Below are positions 49,454-58,815 of a stretch of DNA of 64,000 bases, one piece after another. Both the position numbers and the translations under genes were made by a program. The stretch is from Acidobacteriota bacterium (GTDB lineage Bacteria > Acidobacteriota > CAIWXX01), in assembly GCA_040755995.1 (NCBI GenBank), contig JBFMAF010000032.1, positions 1 to 64,000 on the forward strand, written 5' to 3'. A model generated the notes under the pieces. It was not told the DNA's origin. It saw nothing but the letters and a program-made list of their open reading frames with translations, and searched no databases. Position 1 is the stretch's first letter. Each line of letters begins with the position of its first letter.

Positions 49454-49471
49454 TTACTACATATGTAGTAA
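49454..49471. promoter_or_regulatory. Perfect 18-bp palindrome, BlaI/MecI/CopY-type operator candidate
   Basis: TTACTACATATGTAGTAA with a TACA-N2-TGTA core. Confidence 0.55.
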
Positions 49472-49596
49472 TGCCTGAGGCTGATCGCTGCGCCTGCAGG
49501 ACGGCAGCCACGCCGTTCCTCGGGAATGTGACCGGCGTCACCGGCAACAGACTCGCGTGGAGTTACGATAAGAGTAGATGCATGCGGAAGGAGGGT

Positions 49597-50328
49597 ATGG
49601 TGATGGTGCCACAATTCAGTGTGTATGGACGATTGTTCGTCGCCGTCTGCGTTCTCGGGGTGGCCGCTTCGGGGACCTACCTCAGGGCGCAGAAGTTCGA
49701 GATGGGAGCGGGTTTCGTCGCGGGTGTGCCGGCGGGCGAATTCGGCGATTCGCTGGACGCGACGGGTTACGGCTTCTCCATCCGCTTCGGCTACCTGGTG
49801 GGCGACGGCCCCATCCGGGTCGGCGGGGATTTCGGCTTTCTGCGCTACGGCTCGGAGAAACACTCGGAGATCCTCTTGAGCGACATCCCGGACGTACGAG
49901 TCGACGTCGAGACGACCAACAACATCCTCCTCGGCCACTTCTTCTTGCGGGCGCAGCCGCGAAGCGGCGCCGTCCGCCCTTACGCAGAAGCGCTGATCGG
50001 CGTGAGCTACCTCTTCACCGACACCAGCATCCAGAACGAGCGCACCGGCGAGGAATTCGCCTCATCGATCAATCTCGACGACTCGGTGTTCTCGTACGGG
50101 TTCGGTGGAGGTGTCGAGCTGGTGCTGTGGGACGGCATGAAGCGCGCCGGGACGCCCATACCCATACAGCTTCTGCTTGACGGCAGACTCCGCTACCTGC
50201 GCGGCTCCAACGCGCGCTACCTCAAGGAAGGGTCCATCAGCCGCGAGAACGACCAGGTCACCTACGAGATCCTGGAATCGCGCACCGACCTGCTCCTGCC
50301 CGAGATCAGTCTCGCCTTGCGATTTTGA
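49597..50328 (+). CDS. Outer-membrane beta-barrel protein
   Basis: AAGGAGG RBS; signal peptide; VRPYAE..G and GFGGGVE; terminal LALRF. Confidence 0.75.
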   Translation: MVMVPQFSVYGRLFVAVCVLGVAASGTYLRAQKFEMGAGFVAGVPAGEFGDSLDATGYGFSIRFGYLVGDGPIRVGGDFGFLRYGSEKHSEILLSDIPDVRVDVETTNNILLGHFFLRAQPRSGAVRPYAEALIGVSYLFTDTSIQNERTGEEFASSINLDDSVFSYGFGGGVELVLWDGMKRAGTPIPIQLLLDGRLRYLRGSNARYLKEGSISRENDQVTYEILESRTDLLLPEISLALRF

Positions 50329-50435
50329 TTCCGTGTAGCCACGAGGGCTCGGCCGAACGACGCAGCGAATGGTCCTGTAGCAGGCGCGTCAGCGAGCTGG
50401 TACACTATGGCGCGCATCTCTGGAAAGGTGGACCC

Positions 50436-51851
50436 ATGATGGAAAGCACCAATTCGCAGTCGCGCGGCGCGTTGAAAGAGACTATCGACGAGCTCGCCAC
50501 CACCGTTCGAGCGTTCGTCCGGTCGCCCAGGGCGTTGTGGGGCGTGAACATCCCCTATTTCCTCGAAGGCATCGCCTACTTCGGCGTTCTCACGCTGTTG
50601 ATGAAGTACCTCTCGGAGAACCTGGTGCTCGGCGACGTCCGCGCCGGTGTCGTTGTGTCGCTGTTCACCGGAGGCATCACCTTCGCCATGTTCTTCCTGG
50701 GCGAGATGGGAGACCGATACGGGCTGCGGCGCATTCTGTTGCTCTCCATAGCTCTGATGGCCTTCGGGCGCATCTTCATCACGCTGGCGGGGTGGATGCA
50801 GGGCGGGAGCTTCGGGTCCCCTGCCTTCATGCTCACGGCACTCAGCCTACTCATAGTGGTCGTGGGATTCGGTATGTTTCAGCCTGCGCTCTTTTCCGCG
50901 GTGAAGCAGTTCACAGATCCCAAGACCACGGCCGTCGCCTTCGGCGTCATCTACGGTCTGAACAACCTCGGCGCCTTCGTCGCCGGGGCGATCTCGCCCG
51001 AGATCCGCGGGATCTCATCGAACATCTTCCCGCCGAACGGCATCAACGGGGTGTTCGCCGTCTACACGGTGTTGACGTTCTGCTCGATCGCGATCACCGC
51101 GCTCATCCTGAGGCCGGCCATGGTGAAGGCCGCGCTGGCGAGCCGGCCGGAAGGGGCGAAGCAGGAGGAGCAGGCGCGGGCCGAGGCGAAGCCGCGCATC
51201 ATGTCGGCGCGTTGGTTCGCCGAGCACCCTATGCGCGACGCGCGGTTCAGCTTCTTCATATTCATTCTCATCCCTGTGCAGACGTTGTTCGCCCACACGT
51301 GGCTGACGCTGCCCCTGTACATCAACCGCGCGTTCGTGCCCTGGGTCAGCACGCGATTCGAGTTTTTTACGAACCTGAGCCCGCTGGTGGTCTTCCTGCT
51401 CGCACCGCTGGTCGCGGCGCTGACCGCGAAGCGCGACGCTCTGAAGATGATCCAATGGGGCACGCTGGTGATGGCCCTGCCTGCCTTTTTCCTGGCGCTG
51501 GGGCCGTCGCCGGGGACTCTGTTCGCCTACATCATTTTCATGACCGTCGGCGAATCGATGTGGCAGCCGCGCTTCTACCACTATCTGACCGAGATCGCGC
51601 CTCCTGGAAAGACCGGCGCGTACATCGGCATCGGGCAACTCCCATGGTTTCTCACGAAGCTCCTCACGGGCCTCTACGCCGGTTGGTTTCTGGCGAACTT
51701 CTGCCCAGCCGGTGCCCCGCAGCACACAGAGAGGATGTGGTTCATCTACGCGTGCATCGCGATGGTCTCGCCCGTAGCTCTTCTCCTCACCCGGAAGTGG
51801 CTCCGGCACGGGGCCAGAGCTTCAGCGGGCGTTGCCTCGCAGACTAGCTGA
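50436..51851 (+). CDS. MFS transporter (POT/peptide-like)
   Basis: Many TM helices; YFLEGIAYFG, GEMGDRYGLRR, GESMWQPR. Confidence 0.85.
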   Translation: MMESTNSQSRGALKETIDELATTVRAFVRSPRALWGVNIPYFLEGIAYFGVLTLLMKYLSENLVLGDVRAGVVVSLFTGGITFAMFFLGEMGDRYGLRRILLLSIALMAFGRIFITLAGWMQGGSFGSPAFMLTALSLLIVVVGFGMFQPALFSAVKQFTDPKTTAVAFGVIYGLNNLGAFVAGAISPEIRGISSNIFPPNGINGVFAVYTVLTFCSIAITALILRPAMVKAALASRPEGAKQEEQARAEAKPRIMSARWFAEHPMRDARFSFFIFILIPVQTLFAHTWLTLPLYINRAFVPWVSTRFEFFTNLSPLVVFLLAPLVAALTAKRDALKMIQWGTLVMALPAFFLALGPSPGTLFAYIIFMTVGESMWQPRFYHYLTEIAPPGKTGAYIGIGQLPWFLTKLLTGLYAGWFLANFCPAGAPQHTERMWFIYACIAMVSPVALLLTRKWLRHGARASAGVASQTS

Positions 51852-51978
51852 CAACGCATCGGCCGCGAGCTCAATCTAGCCGAGACTCGGCGTGAGACGT
51901 CCAGCAGCCTGGCCCACCGAGCGGAGATGATCACGGTCGTTCCACGGCTTCTCGTCTCTGAACCGTAAGAATTGGGTA

Positions 51979-52040
51979 TGTGACGATAATCACACCCTCG
52001 CCAACGGGTGATTGACATCGCCCGACGCTGCTCTTATTTT
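51979..52040 (+). promoter_or_regulatory. CRP/FNR-family box plus sigma70 promoter upstream of the multiheme cytochrome
   Basis: TGTGA-CGATAA-TCACA 51979-51994; TTGACA 52012-52017, 17 bp, TATTTT 52035-52040. Confidence 0.65.
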
Positions 52041-52373
52041 GACGTGGGCAGAACAAGCATGAGGACCGCGGAAGTATGCCGACTGAGAGCCATGATGAGG
52101 CTCGCGACGCTCGTGGAACGCGGTCCATCTGCGGCGATCTGAGCGTGCGGCTCGGAGTGCAACGTCGCGGTTGCCGCCGTATGTCCAGGCGCTGATGGCG
52201 CACGGAGCCGAGGCATCCGCCGCCGTGCGCGCACAGTCCGCGACCGTGGATCGCGCGCGTCGTCCGGAGCAGGAACTCGCTCCGTCCGGAGCGATGTTTC
52301 GATTCGTCCCGCGCACAATGACCATACATGTCCTTGTCGCCGTGATGACGGGCTACTTCTGAAGGGAGGACTC

Positions 52374-55300
52374 ATGAGGCAAGCATGGATTCTCGCGGTC
52401 TCACTTGCCGTGCTGCCCCGCAGCGGTGTGGCGCAGGCTTTGAGCGATCTTATCTCTCCGGGCGAGCTCTCGTCGGCGCACGCCAAGTACTCCGGGGTGA
52501 AAAACTGCAATGTCTGTCATGGCGGCGACAGGGATGTCCTGGAATCGAGGTGCGAGGATTGTCACAAGGAATTGGCTGCCAGGATTGTCGCCGGCAAGGG
52601 GTTCCACGCAGACAAGGGCGGGCGCTGCGTGAGCTGCCATAGCGAGCACCTCGGCAAGGACTCCGACATCCGCGCTCTCGACCGGTCGACGTTCAACCAC
52701 GACCAGACGGGCTACAAGCTGGCAGGCAAGCATTCGGCGATCAAGGATTGCGCGCGCTGCCACAAGACGCGGTCCTTCCTCGGGAATCGCACAACCTGCC
52801 AATCCTGTCACAACGACAGGCATCAGGGGCGACTGCCAAACTGCGAGCAGTGTCATTCATTCGATCGCTCGTTCAAGGAGCCGTCGTTCGATCACAGCAC
52901 CGCGCGCTATGTGCTCACGGGCGCGCACACCCGCGTGGCGTGCTCAGCGTGCCACAAGAACGAAGTCTTTCGGGGTCTGGCGTTCGACCAGTGTGGCGCG
53001 TGTCACACGGATCCACATCGCAAGATGCTGGGCACGGACTGCTCGCGCTGTCACCGGACCGAGCTGTGGAAGGGCGTCCAGGTGCCGCACAAGACTTTTC
53101 CCCTCGCCGGGAAACACGCGGCCGTGGATTGCGCGAAGTGCCACCCGGAAGGCCGGTGGAAGCTGGCCGCGTTTGGAAAGTGCGCCGACTGCCACAAGGA
53201 CAAGCACCTGGGGCAATTCAAGCAGCCGTGCGAGGACTGTCACTCTGTGAACGGCTTCAAGCCGGCCAAGTTCAACCACGATCGTTTCAAGCTTGAGCTG
53301 AAGCATGCGATCGATTGTCAGAAGTGCCACAAGAGCGAGAAGGGCGCCTTCCCGGCGGGCACCGGCACTACCGTTCGATACAAGCCGATGAATGCCGCCT
53401 GCGCATCCTGCCACAAGGACCCCCATGCGCAGCAACTCGGGGCGAAGTGCGAGAACTGCCACACTATCGCTTCCTTCAAGCTGACGGGATTCGATCACTC
53501 GAAGGCCCGCTACCCGTTGGACGAGAAGCACGCCAAGGTGGCGTGCGAAAAGTGCCACAAGAAGGATGCCAAGACAGGCGGGGTGATTTACAAGCCGCTG
53601 GCGATGAACTGCGGTGCCTGCCATTCGGACGTGCACCTGGCGCAGCTCGGCCAGAACTGCGAACGCTGCCACGCTCCGGCGCGATTGCTGTTCACTCACA
53701 CCATGACGACCTACCCGCTCGAAGGCAAGCACGCGAGCGTCTCCTGCGAGAAGTGCCACAAGAAGGAGAAGGGGACCTTCCCCGCGGGCGCCGGCGAGGC
53801 CGTTCGATACAAGCCGATCGCCCGTGCGTGCGCCACGTGCCACGCCGACTATCACCGCGGTCAGTTCCCACGGGATTGTGCGGCCTGCCATACGACGGCC
53901 TCGTTCAAGCCCACGTCGTTCGCTCACGCCAAGAGCGAATATCCGCTCAAGGGCAAGCACACCAACTTGCAGTGCGACCGGTGCCACAAGCAGGAGGTCT
54001 TCCCGGCTCCGCCTCCGCCGGCGACCCTCGTACGGTACCGGCCGATGGCGAAGGTGTGCTCTGCTTGCCACCGCGATCAGCACGCCGGCGTCTTCGGATC
54101 CGACTGTGCGAAGTGCCACGACGAACGGACGTGGCACGGGATCAATGCCACGTTCCACAGGTCGACAGCGTTCCCGTTGACAGGCCGGCATGTCACGGTA
54201 CCGTGCGTTTCGTGCCACATCTCTCCCGGGGCCACGCCCACGGCGTGCGAGTCATGCCACATGAAACGGCGGCAGGACGACCCGTTCAGAGGGCGGCTGG
54301 GGCTTGCATGCGCGCAATGCCACAACACTGGCGGCTGGAGTCCCGTGCAGTTCGATCACGGCGCGAGGACCGGGTTTGCGCTTGTGAGCGAGCATTCCGG
54401 GCTCAGGTGCCAGGCGTGCCACCCGGGACAGATCGAGGCCGTCACGTCGACGTGCGCAGGGTGTCACATGAAGGACTACGACTGGGCGCGAACGCCGCCG
54501 CACAAGGCGATCGGACTGTCTACCGACTGCCGTGTCTGCCACTTCCCGGGCGACGGCGCATGGTCGGCGGGACGGTACACGCACCGGAGCTACCAGCCGC
54601 TGGGCCGGCACTCTGCGGCCGCCTGCGATGCCTGTCACAGTGGTGGTCGATACGCCGGTCTCTCACAGGAATGCTATGCCTGTCACAAACCCGACTACGA
54701 TCGCACGCAGAACCCCAATCACATCAAGGTCGGGTTCTCCACCGATTGCGTGCTCTGCCATCGCGCGGGCGATTCGAGCTGGACTCAGGGCAGGTTCGAC
54801 CACAGCGGATTCCCGCTGCAGGGCGGGCACGTCGGACTCGCGTGCGAGAGCTGTCACGAGGGAGGCAAGTACAGCGGTCTCTCGACGGACTGCTACTCCT
54901 GCCACAGGGCCGATTACGACTCGACGACCAACCCCAATCACAAGACCGCCGGCTTCCCGACAGATTGCATCGTCTGTCACAAGGCCACGGACACGAGGTG
55001 GGAGCAGGGCAGGTTCGACCATAACAGCAGCGACTTCCCCCTGCAGGGGGCGCACGCGAAGCTGGCGTGCGAGAGCTGTCACAAGGGAGGGAAGTACTCG
55101 GGGCTCTCTCCGGACTGCTACTCCTGCCACAAGGCGGATTACGACGGGACGACAGATCCCAATCACAGGACAGCCGGCTTCCCGACTTCCTGTGTAGTCT
55201 GCCACAAAGCAACAGACACGAATTGGAATCAGGGGAAGTTCGACCACGCCAACACCGGCTTCGCGCTGCAGGGGGCGCACACGAAGCTGGCGTGCGAAAG

Positions 55301-56795
55301 CTGTCACAAGGGAGGGATCTACACCGGGCTATCGCCGGACTGCTATTCCTGCCACAAGGCGGATTACGACGGGACGACAAACCCGAATCACAAGACCGCC
55401 GGCTTCCCGACCTCCTGTATCGTCTGCCACAAGGCAACAGACACAAACTGGAATCAGGGGAAGTTCGACCACAGCAACACCGGTTTCACGCTGCAGGGCG
55501 CGCACACGAAGCTGGCGTGTGCGAGCTGCCACAAGGGCGGGGTGTACACCGGGCTGTCAGCAGACTGTTATTCCTGCCACAAGGCGGACTACGACGGGAC
55601 GAAGAACCCGAATCACAAGAACGCCGGTTTCCCGACATCATGCCTCCTGTGTCACAAGGCGACGGACCTGAACTGGCGACAGGCGAAGTTCGACCACGGG
55701 ACGACCGGCTTCCCACTGCAGGGCGCGCACACCAAGCTCGTCTGCGAGAGCTGTCACAAGGGCGGTAAGTACACAGGGCTCTCTCCGGATTGCTACTCCT
55801 GCCACAAAGCAGACTACGACGGGACAGCAAATCCGAATCACAAGAATGCCGGCTTCCCGACATCGTGCGTCGTCTGCCACAAGGCGACGGACACGAACTG
55901 GCATCAGGCCAAGTTCGACCACGCGACGACCGGCTTCGCGCTGCAGGGTGCGCACACCAAGCTCGTCTGCGAGAGCTGTCACAAGGGCGGTAAGTACACA
56001 GGGCTCTCTCCGGATTGCTACTCCTGCCACAAAGCAGACTACGACGGGACGGCAAATCCGAATCACAAGAATGCCGGCTTCCCGACCTCCTGCATCGTCT
56101 GCCACAAGGCGACGGACACGAACTGGCATCAGGCCAAGTTCGACCACGCGACGACCGGCTTTGCCCTCCAAGGCGCACACGCGAAGCTCGCTTGTGCGAG
56201 CTGTCACAAGGGCGGGGTCTACGCCGGGCTCTCCAGTGATTGCTACTCCTGTCACAAGGCCGACTACGACGGCACGAAAAACCCCAATCACAAGAGCGCC
56301 GGCTTTCCGACATCCTGCATCGTCTGTCACAAGGCCACCGACACGAGCTGGCATCAGGCGAAGTTCGACCACGCAAATACCGGCTTCCCACTTCAGGGGG
56401 CTCACACCAGTCTCACGTGTGAGAGCTGTCACAAAGGAGGGATCTACGCAGGGCTCTCCACGGACTGCTATTCCTGCCACAAAGCCGATTACGACACGAG
56501 CACAAACCCGAATCACAAGAACGCCGGATTCCCGACGGACTGCTCGACCTGCCACTACGCAACCGATACTTCGTGGAACCAGGGCCGCTTCGATCACCGA
56601 TTCCCGATCAGCAGCGGCAGGCACAAGTTCGCGTGCTCGTCGTGCCACACCGATCCCTCCAACTACCGGGTCTTCGACTGCCTGAGCTGCCATCCCCTCT
56701 CGTCCATCCAGGACAAGCATAGAGAGGTAGGCGGGTTCCAGTACACGTCTCAGGCATGCTACGCATGCCATCCGAACGGGACTGCAGACGATTAG
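52374..56795 (+). CDS. Giant secreted multiheme cytochrome c (60 CxxCH motifs, 20 triheme modules)
   Basis: GGGAGG RBS; signal peptide; 60 CxxCH counted by hand, with regularly spaced extra His (FDH, GAH, PNH). Confidence 0.95.
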   Translation: MRQAWILAVSLAVLPRSGVAQALSDLISPGELSSAHAKYSGVKNCNVCHGGDRDVLESRCEDCHKELAARIVAGKGFHADKGGRCVSCHSEHLGKDSDIRALDRSTFNHDQTGYKLAGKHSAIKDCARCHKTRSFLGNRTTCQSCHNDRHQGRLPNCEQCHSFDRSFKEPSFDHSTARYVLTGAHTRVACSACHKNEVFRGLAFDQCGACHTDPHRKMLGTDCSRCHRTELWKGVQVPHKTFPLAGKHAAVDCAKCHPEGRWKLAAFGKCADCHKDKHLGQFKQPCEDCHSVNGFKPAKFNHDRFKLELKHAIDCQKCHKSEKGAFPAGTGTTVRYKPMNAACASCHKDPHAQQLGAKCENCHTIASFKLTGFDHSKARYPLDEKHAKVACEKCHKKDAKTGGVIYKPLAMNCGACHSDVHLAQLGQNCERCHAPARLLFTHTMTTYPLEGKHASVSCEKCHKKEKGTFPAGAGEAVRYKPIARACATCHADYHRGQFPRDCAACHTTASFKPTSFAHAKSEYPLKGKHTNLQCDRCHKQEVFPAPPPPATLVRYRPMAKVCSACHRDQHAGVFGSDCAKCHDERTWHGINATFHRSTAFPLTGRHVTVPCVSCHISPGATPTACESCHMKRRQDDPFRGRLGLACAQCHNTGGWSPVQFDHGARTGFALVSEHSGLRCQACHPGQIEAVTSTCAGCHMKDYDWARTPPHKAIGLSTDCRVCHFPGDGAWSAGRYTHRSYQPLGRHSAAACDACHSGGRYAGLSQECYACHKPDYDRTQNPNHIKVGFSTDCVLCHRAGDSSWTQGRFDHSGFPLQGGHVGLACESCHEGGKYSGLSTDCYSCHRADYDSTTNPNHKTAGFPTDCIVCHKATDTRWEQGRFDHNSSDFPLQGAHAKLACESCHKGGKYSGLSPDCYSCHKADYDGTTDPNHRTAGFPTSCVVCHKATDTNWNQGKFDHANTGFALQGAHTKLACESCHKGGIYTGLSPDCYSCHKADYDGTTNPNHKTAGFPTSCIVCHKATDTNWNQGKFDHSNTGFTLQGAHTKLACASCHKGGVYTGLSADCYSCHKADYDGTKNPNHKNAGFPTSCLLCHKATDLNWRQAKFDHGTTGFPLQGAHTKLVCESCHKGGKYTGLSPDCYSCHKADYDGTANPNHKNAGFPTSCVVCHKATDTNWHQAKFDHATTGFALQGAHTKLVCESCHKGGKYTGLSPDCYSCHKADYDGTANPNHKNAGFPTSCIVCHKATDTNWHQAKFDHATTGFALQGAHAKLACASCHKGGVYAGLSSDCYSCHKADYDGTKNPNHKSAGFPTSCIVCHKATDTSWHQAKFDHANTGFPLQGAHTSLTCESCHKGGIYAGLSTDCYSCHKADYDTSTNPNHKNAGFPTDCSTCHYATDTSWNQGRFDHRFPISSGRHKFACSSCHTDPSNYRVFDCLSCHPLSSIQDKHREVGGFQYTSQACYACHPNGTADD
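55010..56600 (+). repeat. In-frame 225-bp (75-aa) tandem repeat, about seven well-conserved units
   Basis: ACCAAGCTCGTCTGCGAGAGC at 55731 and 55956 (period 225); each unit encodes three hemes. Confidence 0.9.
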
Positions 56796-56874
56796 ATACC
56801 GAGGGGCTGCATAAAGCGGGGAGAGGGGAGGCCCGATGTGCTGGCCGAGATCGGACCAGCCCGGCGGGGCCGAA

Positions 56875-57152
56875 CTACGGGACTGCGCACGATCGAAGCT
56901 CGATGCCGGCTCGCCGGAGCAGATCGTATGGAAGCTCCCCGCAGGCGAAAACGAATACGTAATCGTCCGGGATCTCCTCGATGCCCCCAGCTGTGCGGAG
57001 CATCACGCAGCACCACCGACAATCGCCGTTTTCTGGAGCTTCTCCCGAGCGCGCTTCTCCGCCAGGCGGTAGCGGACCAGGTACGGAAGGACGGTTGCAC
57101 CGCAGAAACCGAGCCCGAGCCCGATTATCAGCAAGCTGCTCGTCCCAAACAT
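56875..57152 (-). pseudogene. Internally deleted membrane-anchored thioredoxin-reductase-like oxidoreductase
   Basis: 57152-57003 MFGTSSLLIIGLGLGFCGATVLPYLVRYRLAEKRAREKLQKTAIVGGAA*; then in another frame EEIPDDYVFVFACGELPYDLLRRAGIE to the stop at 56875. Confidence 0.55.
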
Positions 57153-57257
57153 ACTCGCTCGTTCTAAGCGATCGAGACGATTCTGACGTGGTCGCCGTCA
57201 CACTTCTGTAGCGGTCTGCAACTTGCTCGAAGTGTGAAAGATGGGCGTTGGGCCCGC

Positions 57258-58049
57258 TCAGAATGCGCGGCTCAGGAGGAGCACCACGGCCTGCGTGCGC
57301 AGCTCCGCCCGTGTCGCGCCGATCGGGATGACCTTGGTCTCGTTGGTCGTAGGCCGGTAACGGATCGCGTCGCCCGCGTCGGTGTTCACTTCACCGAGGT
57401 CGGCATATCTGTATTCGACCTGCAGCATCCATTTCTCGTGCAGCTGCCGGCTGATGCCCGCCCTCAGGTCGAATGCAAAGTCGGACCGCACCCCACCCGG
57501 TGTCGTCATCGTGTGCGGGACGGCCAGAGTCGGGTACCACATGACGATCTGGTCGACCTTGTTTCGAGACACGCCGAATCCGCCGCCGGCGTAAGGCTCG
57601 AGCGCAAAGAAACGCCAGCCGGTGAGCTCCGAAAAGTCCACCTGGACGCCCACGATCGCCGCGAGTGCTTTCACTTTCCCATGGACCGGCTCGGGAGCCG
57701 GCGGCGTCAGGAAGTCGCTCTGTCCCTCGAACTCCAGCTGCGGGTGGTATCCCACTCGCAGGTCAGTCGTCAGCCAGGGTGACAACTCATAGGCGACGCC
57801 GGCTCCGACAATCATCGAGCCGCCGAAATCCCCGGCGGCGCGATAGCCGCAGCCGTACAGCGGCGTGGGCGTCTTGATCCGGCAGTTCACGTCGCGGAAC
57901 GAGGCATCAGTCGAGAGCTCGTAGCCGATTTCCAGGAGAAGCCGCATCCTTCCGTCGCCGCCTGATGCGCATCGCGAGGCCAGGGCGAAGACAAACCCCA
58001 CCAGCCATACGCGCTTCCAGCAGCTCTGTGACCTGGCGAGCTCTTTCAT
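57258..58049 (-). CDS. Outer-membrane beta-barrel protein (opacity/OmpA-like)
   Basis: EPYAGGGFGVSRN, VEYRYADLG, terminal Phe. Confidence 0.78.
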   Translation of the reverse strand: MKELARSQSCWKRVWLVGFVFALASRCASGGDGRMRLLLEIGYELSTDASFRDVNCRIKTPTPLYGCGYRAAGDFGGSMIVGAGVAYELSPWLTTDLRVGYHPQLEFEGQSDFLTPPAPEPVHGKVKALAAIVGVQVDFSELTGWRFFALEPYAGGGFGVSRNKVDQIVMWYPTLAVPHTMTTPGGVRSDFAFDLRAGISRQLHEKWMLQVEYRYADLGEVNTDAGDAIRYRPTTNETKVIPIGATRAELRTQAVVLLLSRAF

Positions 58050-58076
58050 GACGGCACTCCCATCGCTTCTCGCTCA

Positions 58077-58616
58077 CTACATGAGCGGTAGCACGATCCC
58101 GGCGGAGTACCTGACGTTGTCCGCAGGCTCCTCGAACGTGTATACGCGCTCGTAGTCGAGCTGGACCGGGCGTATCATGATGTTCCCAATCACCCTCAAG
58201 TCGACGCCTCCGCCCACGGCAAACGCGAACCCGCCGTCGCTCGATGAGGTCTGGCGGACGTCCACTCTGCTGCGAGCCACACCCAGGAGCACGCGGGCGA
58301 ACGCCCGGATCGTGCCGCATTCCTCGCAGGAGCTGGCGAGGAGCTGTGGGCCCGCCATGATCGTGTGGGTGCTCACGTCGGCACTCGTTTCACCTTGGCT
58401 GCCGTACGTACCCGCCCCCTCAATCACGAGCAGCAGGTGCTCGTTGATTCTCGCATTCAGCGCCAGGTTCCATCCGTTCATATTGACCGCTTCTTCATCG
58501 CCTGCAGCACTGCGTACGAAACAATATCCTCCGAAGAGCTCCATCTTGGGCACTTCGGCGGCGAAGCCCAGATTCGCCGGCAGCAACATCAGCGCGAGTG
58601 CCATCAGTACCCTCAT
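58077..58616 (-). CDS. Small outer-membrane beta-barrel protein
   Basis: Signal peptide; ELFGGY, NGWN, FAFAVGGGVD, RPVQLDY, NVRYSAGIV; GGAGGG RBS. Confidence 0.78.
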   Translation of the reverse strand: MRVLMALALMLLPANLGFAAEVPKMELFGGYCFVRSAAGDEEAVNMNGWNLALNARINEHLLLVIEGAGTYGSQGETSADVSTHTIMAGPQLLASSCEECGTIRAFARVLLGVARSRVDVRQTSSSDGGFAFAVGGGVDLRVIGNIMIRPVQLDYERVYTFEEPADNVRYSAGIVLPLM

Positions 58617-58644
58617 CGTGCATCCCTCCACCGGTGGCATTCTA

Positions 58645-58705
58645 TACAGCGCGTGATGAGTCCACAACAAATCCCACGAGTGGACGCAGTGTATGACGCG
58701 CTGTA
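58645..58705. mobile_element. 61-bp palindromic MITE/REP-like element, copy 2
   Basis: TACAGCGCGTGAT...ATGACGCGCTGTA flanked by CTA/TAG; same length as 30896-30956. Confidence 0.7.
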
Positions 58706-58815
58706 TAGCCCAGAGCTCCGCCGGTTGTCGAAGACCGCTCTCGCGGAACGCACAGGCCGCCTCCCGGCGGGAGGCGGCTGCGGGTGGCCGCAGGAAAGAA
58801 ATCGGCTAGATGCCC

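Noticed and set aside
55010..56600. CRISPR or non-coding satellite
   Set aside because: The 225-bp unit is in frame, encodes heme motifs and has no unique spacers
57258..58616. Porin-cytochrome conduit formed by the beta-barrels beside the 60-heme gene
   Set aside because: They are small barrels (about 180-260 aa) on the opposite strand, too small for an MtrB-like sheath
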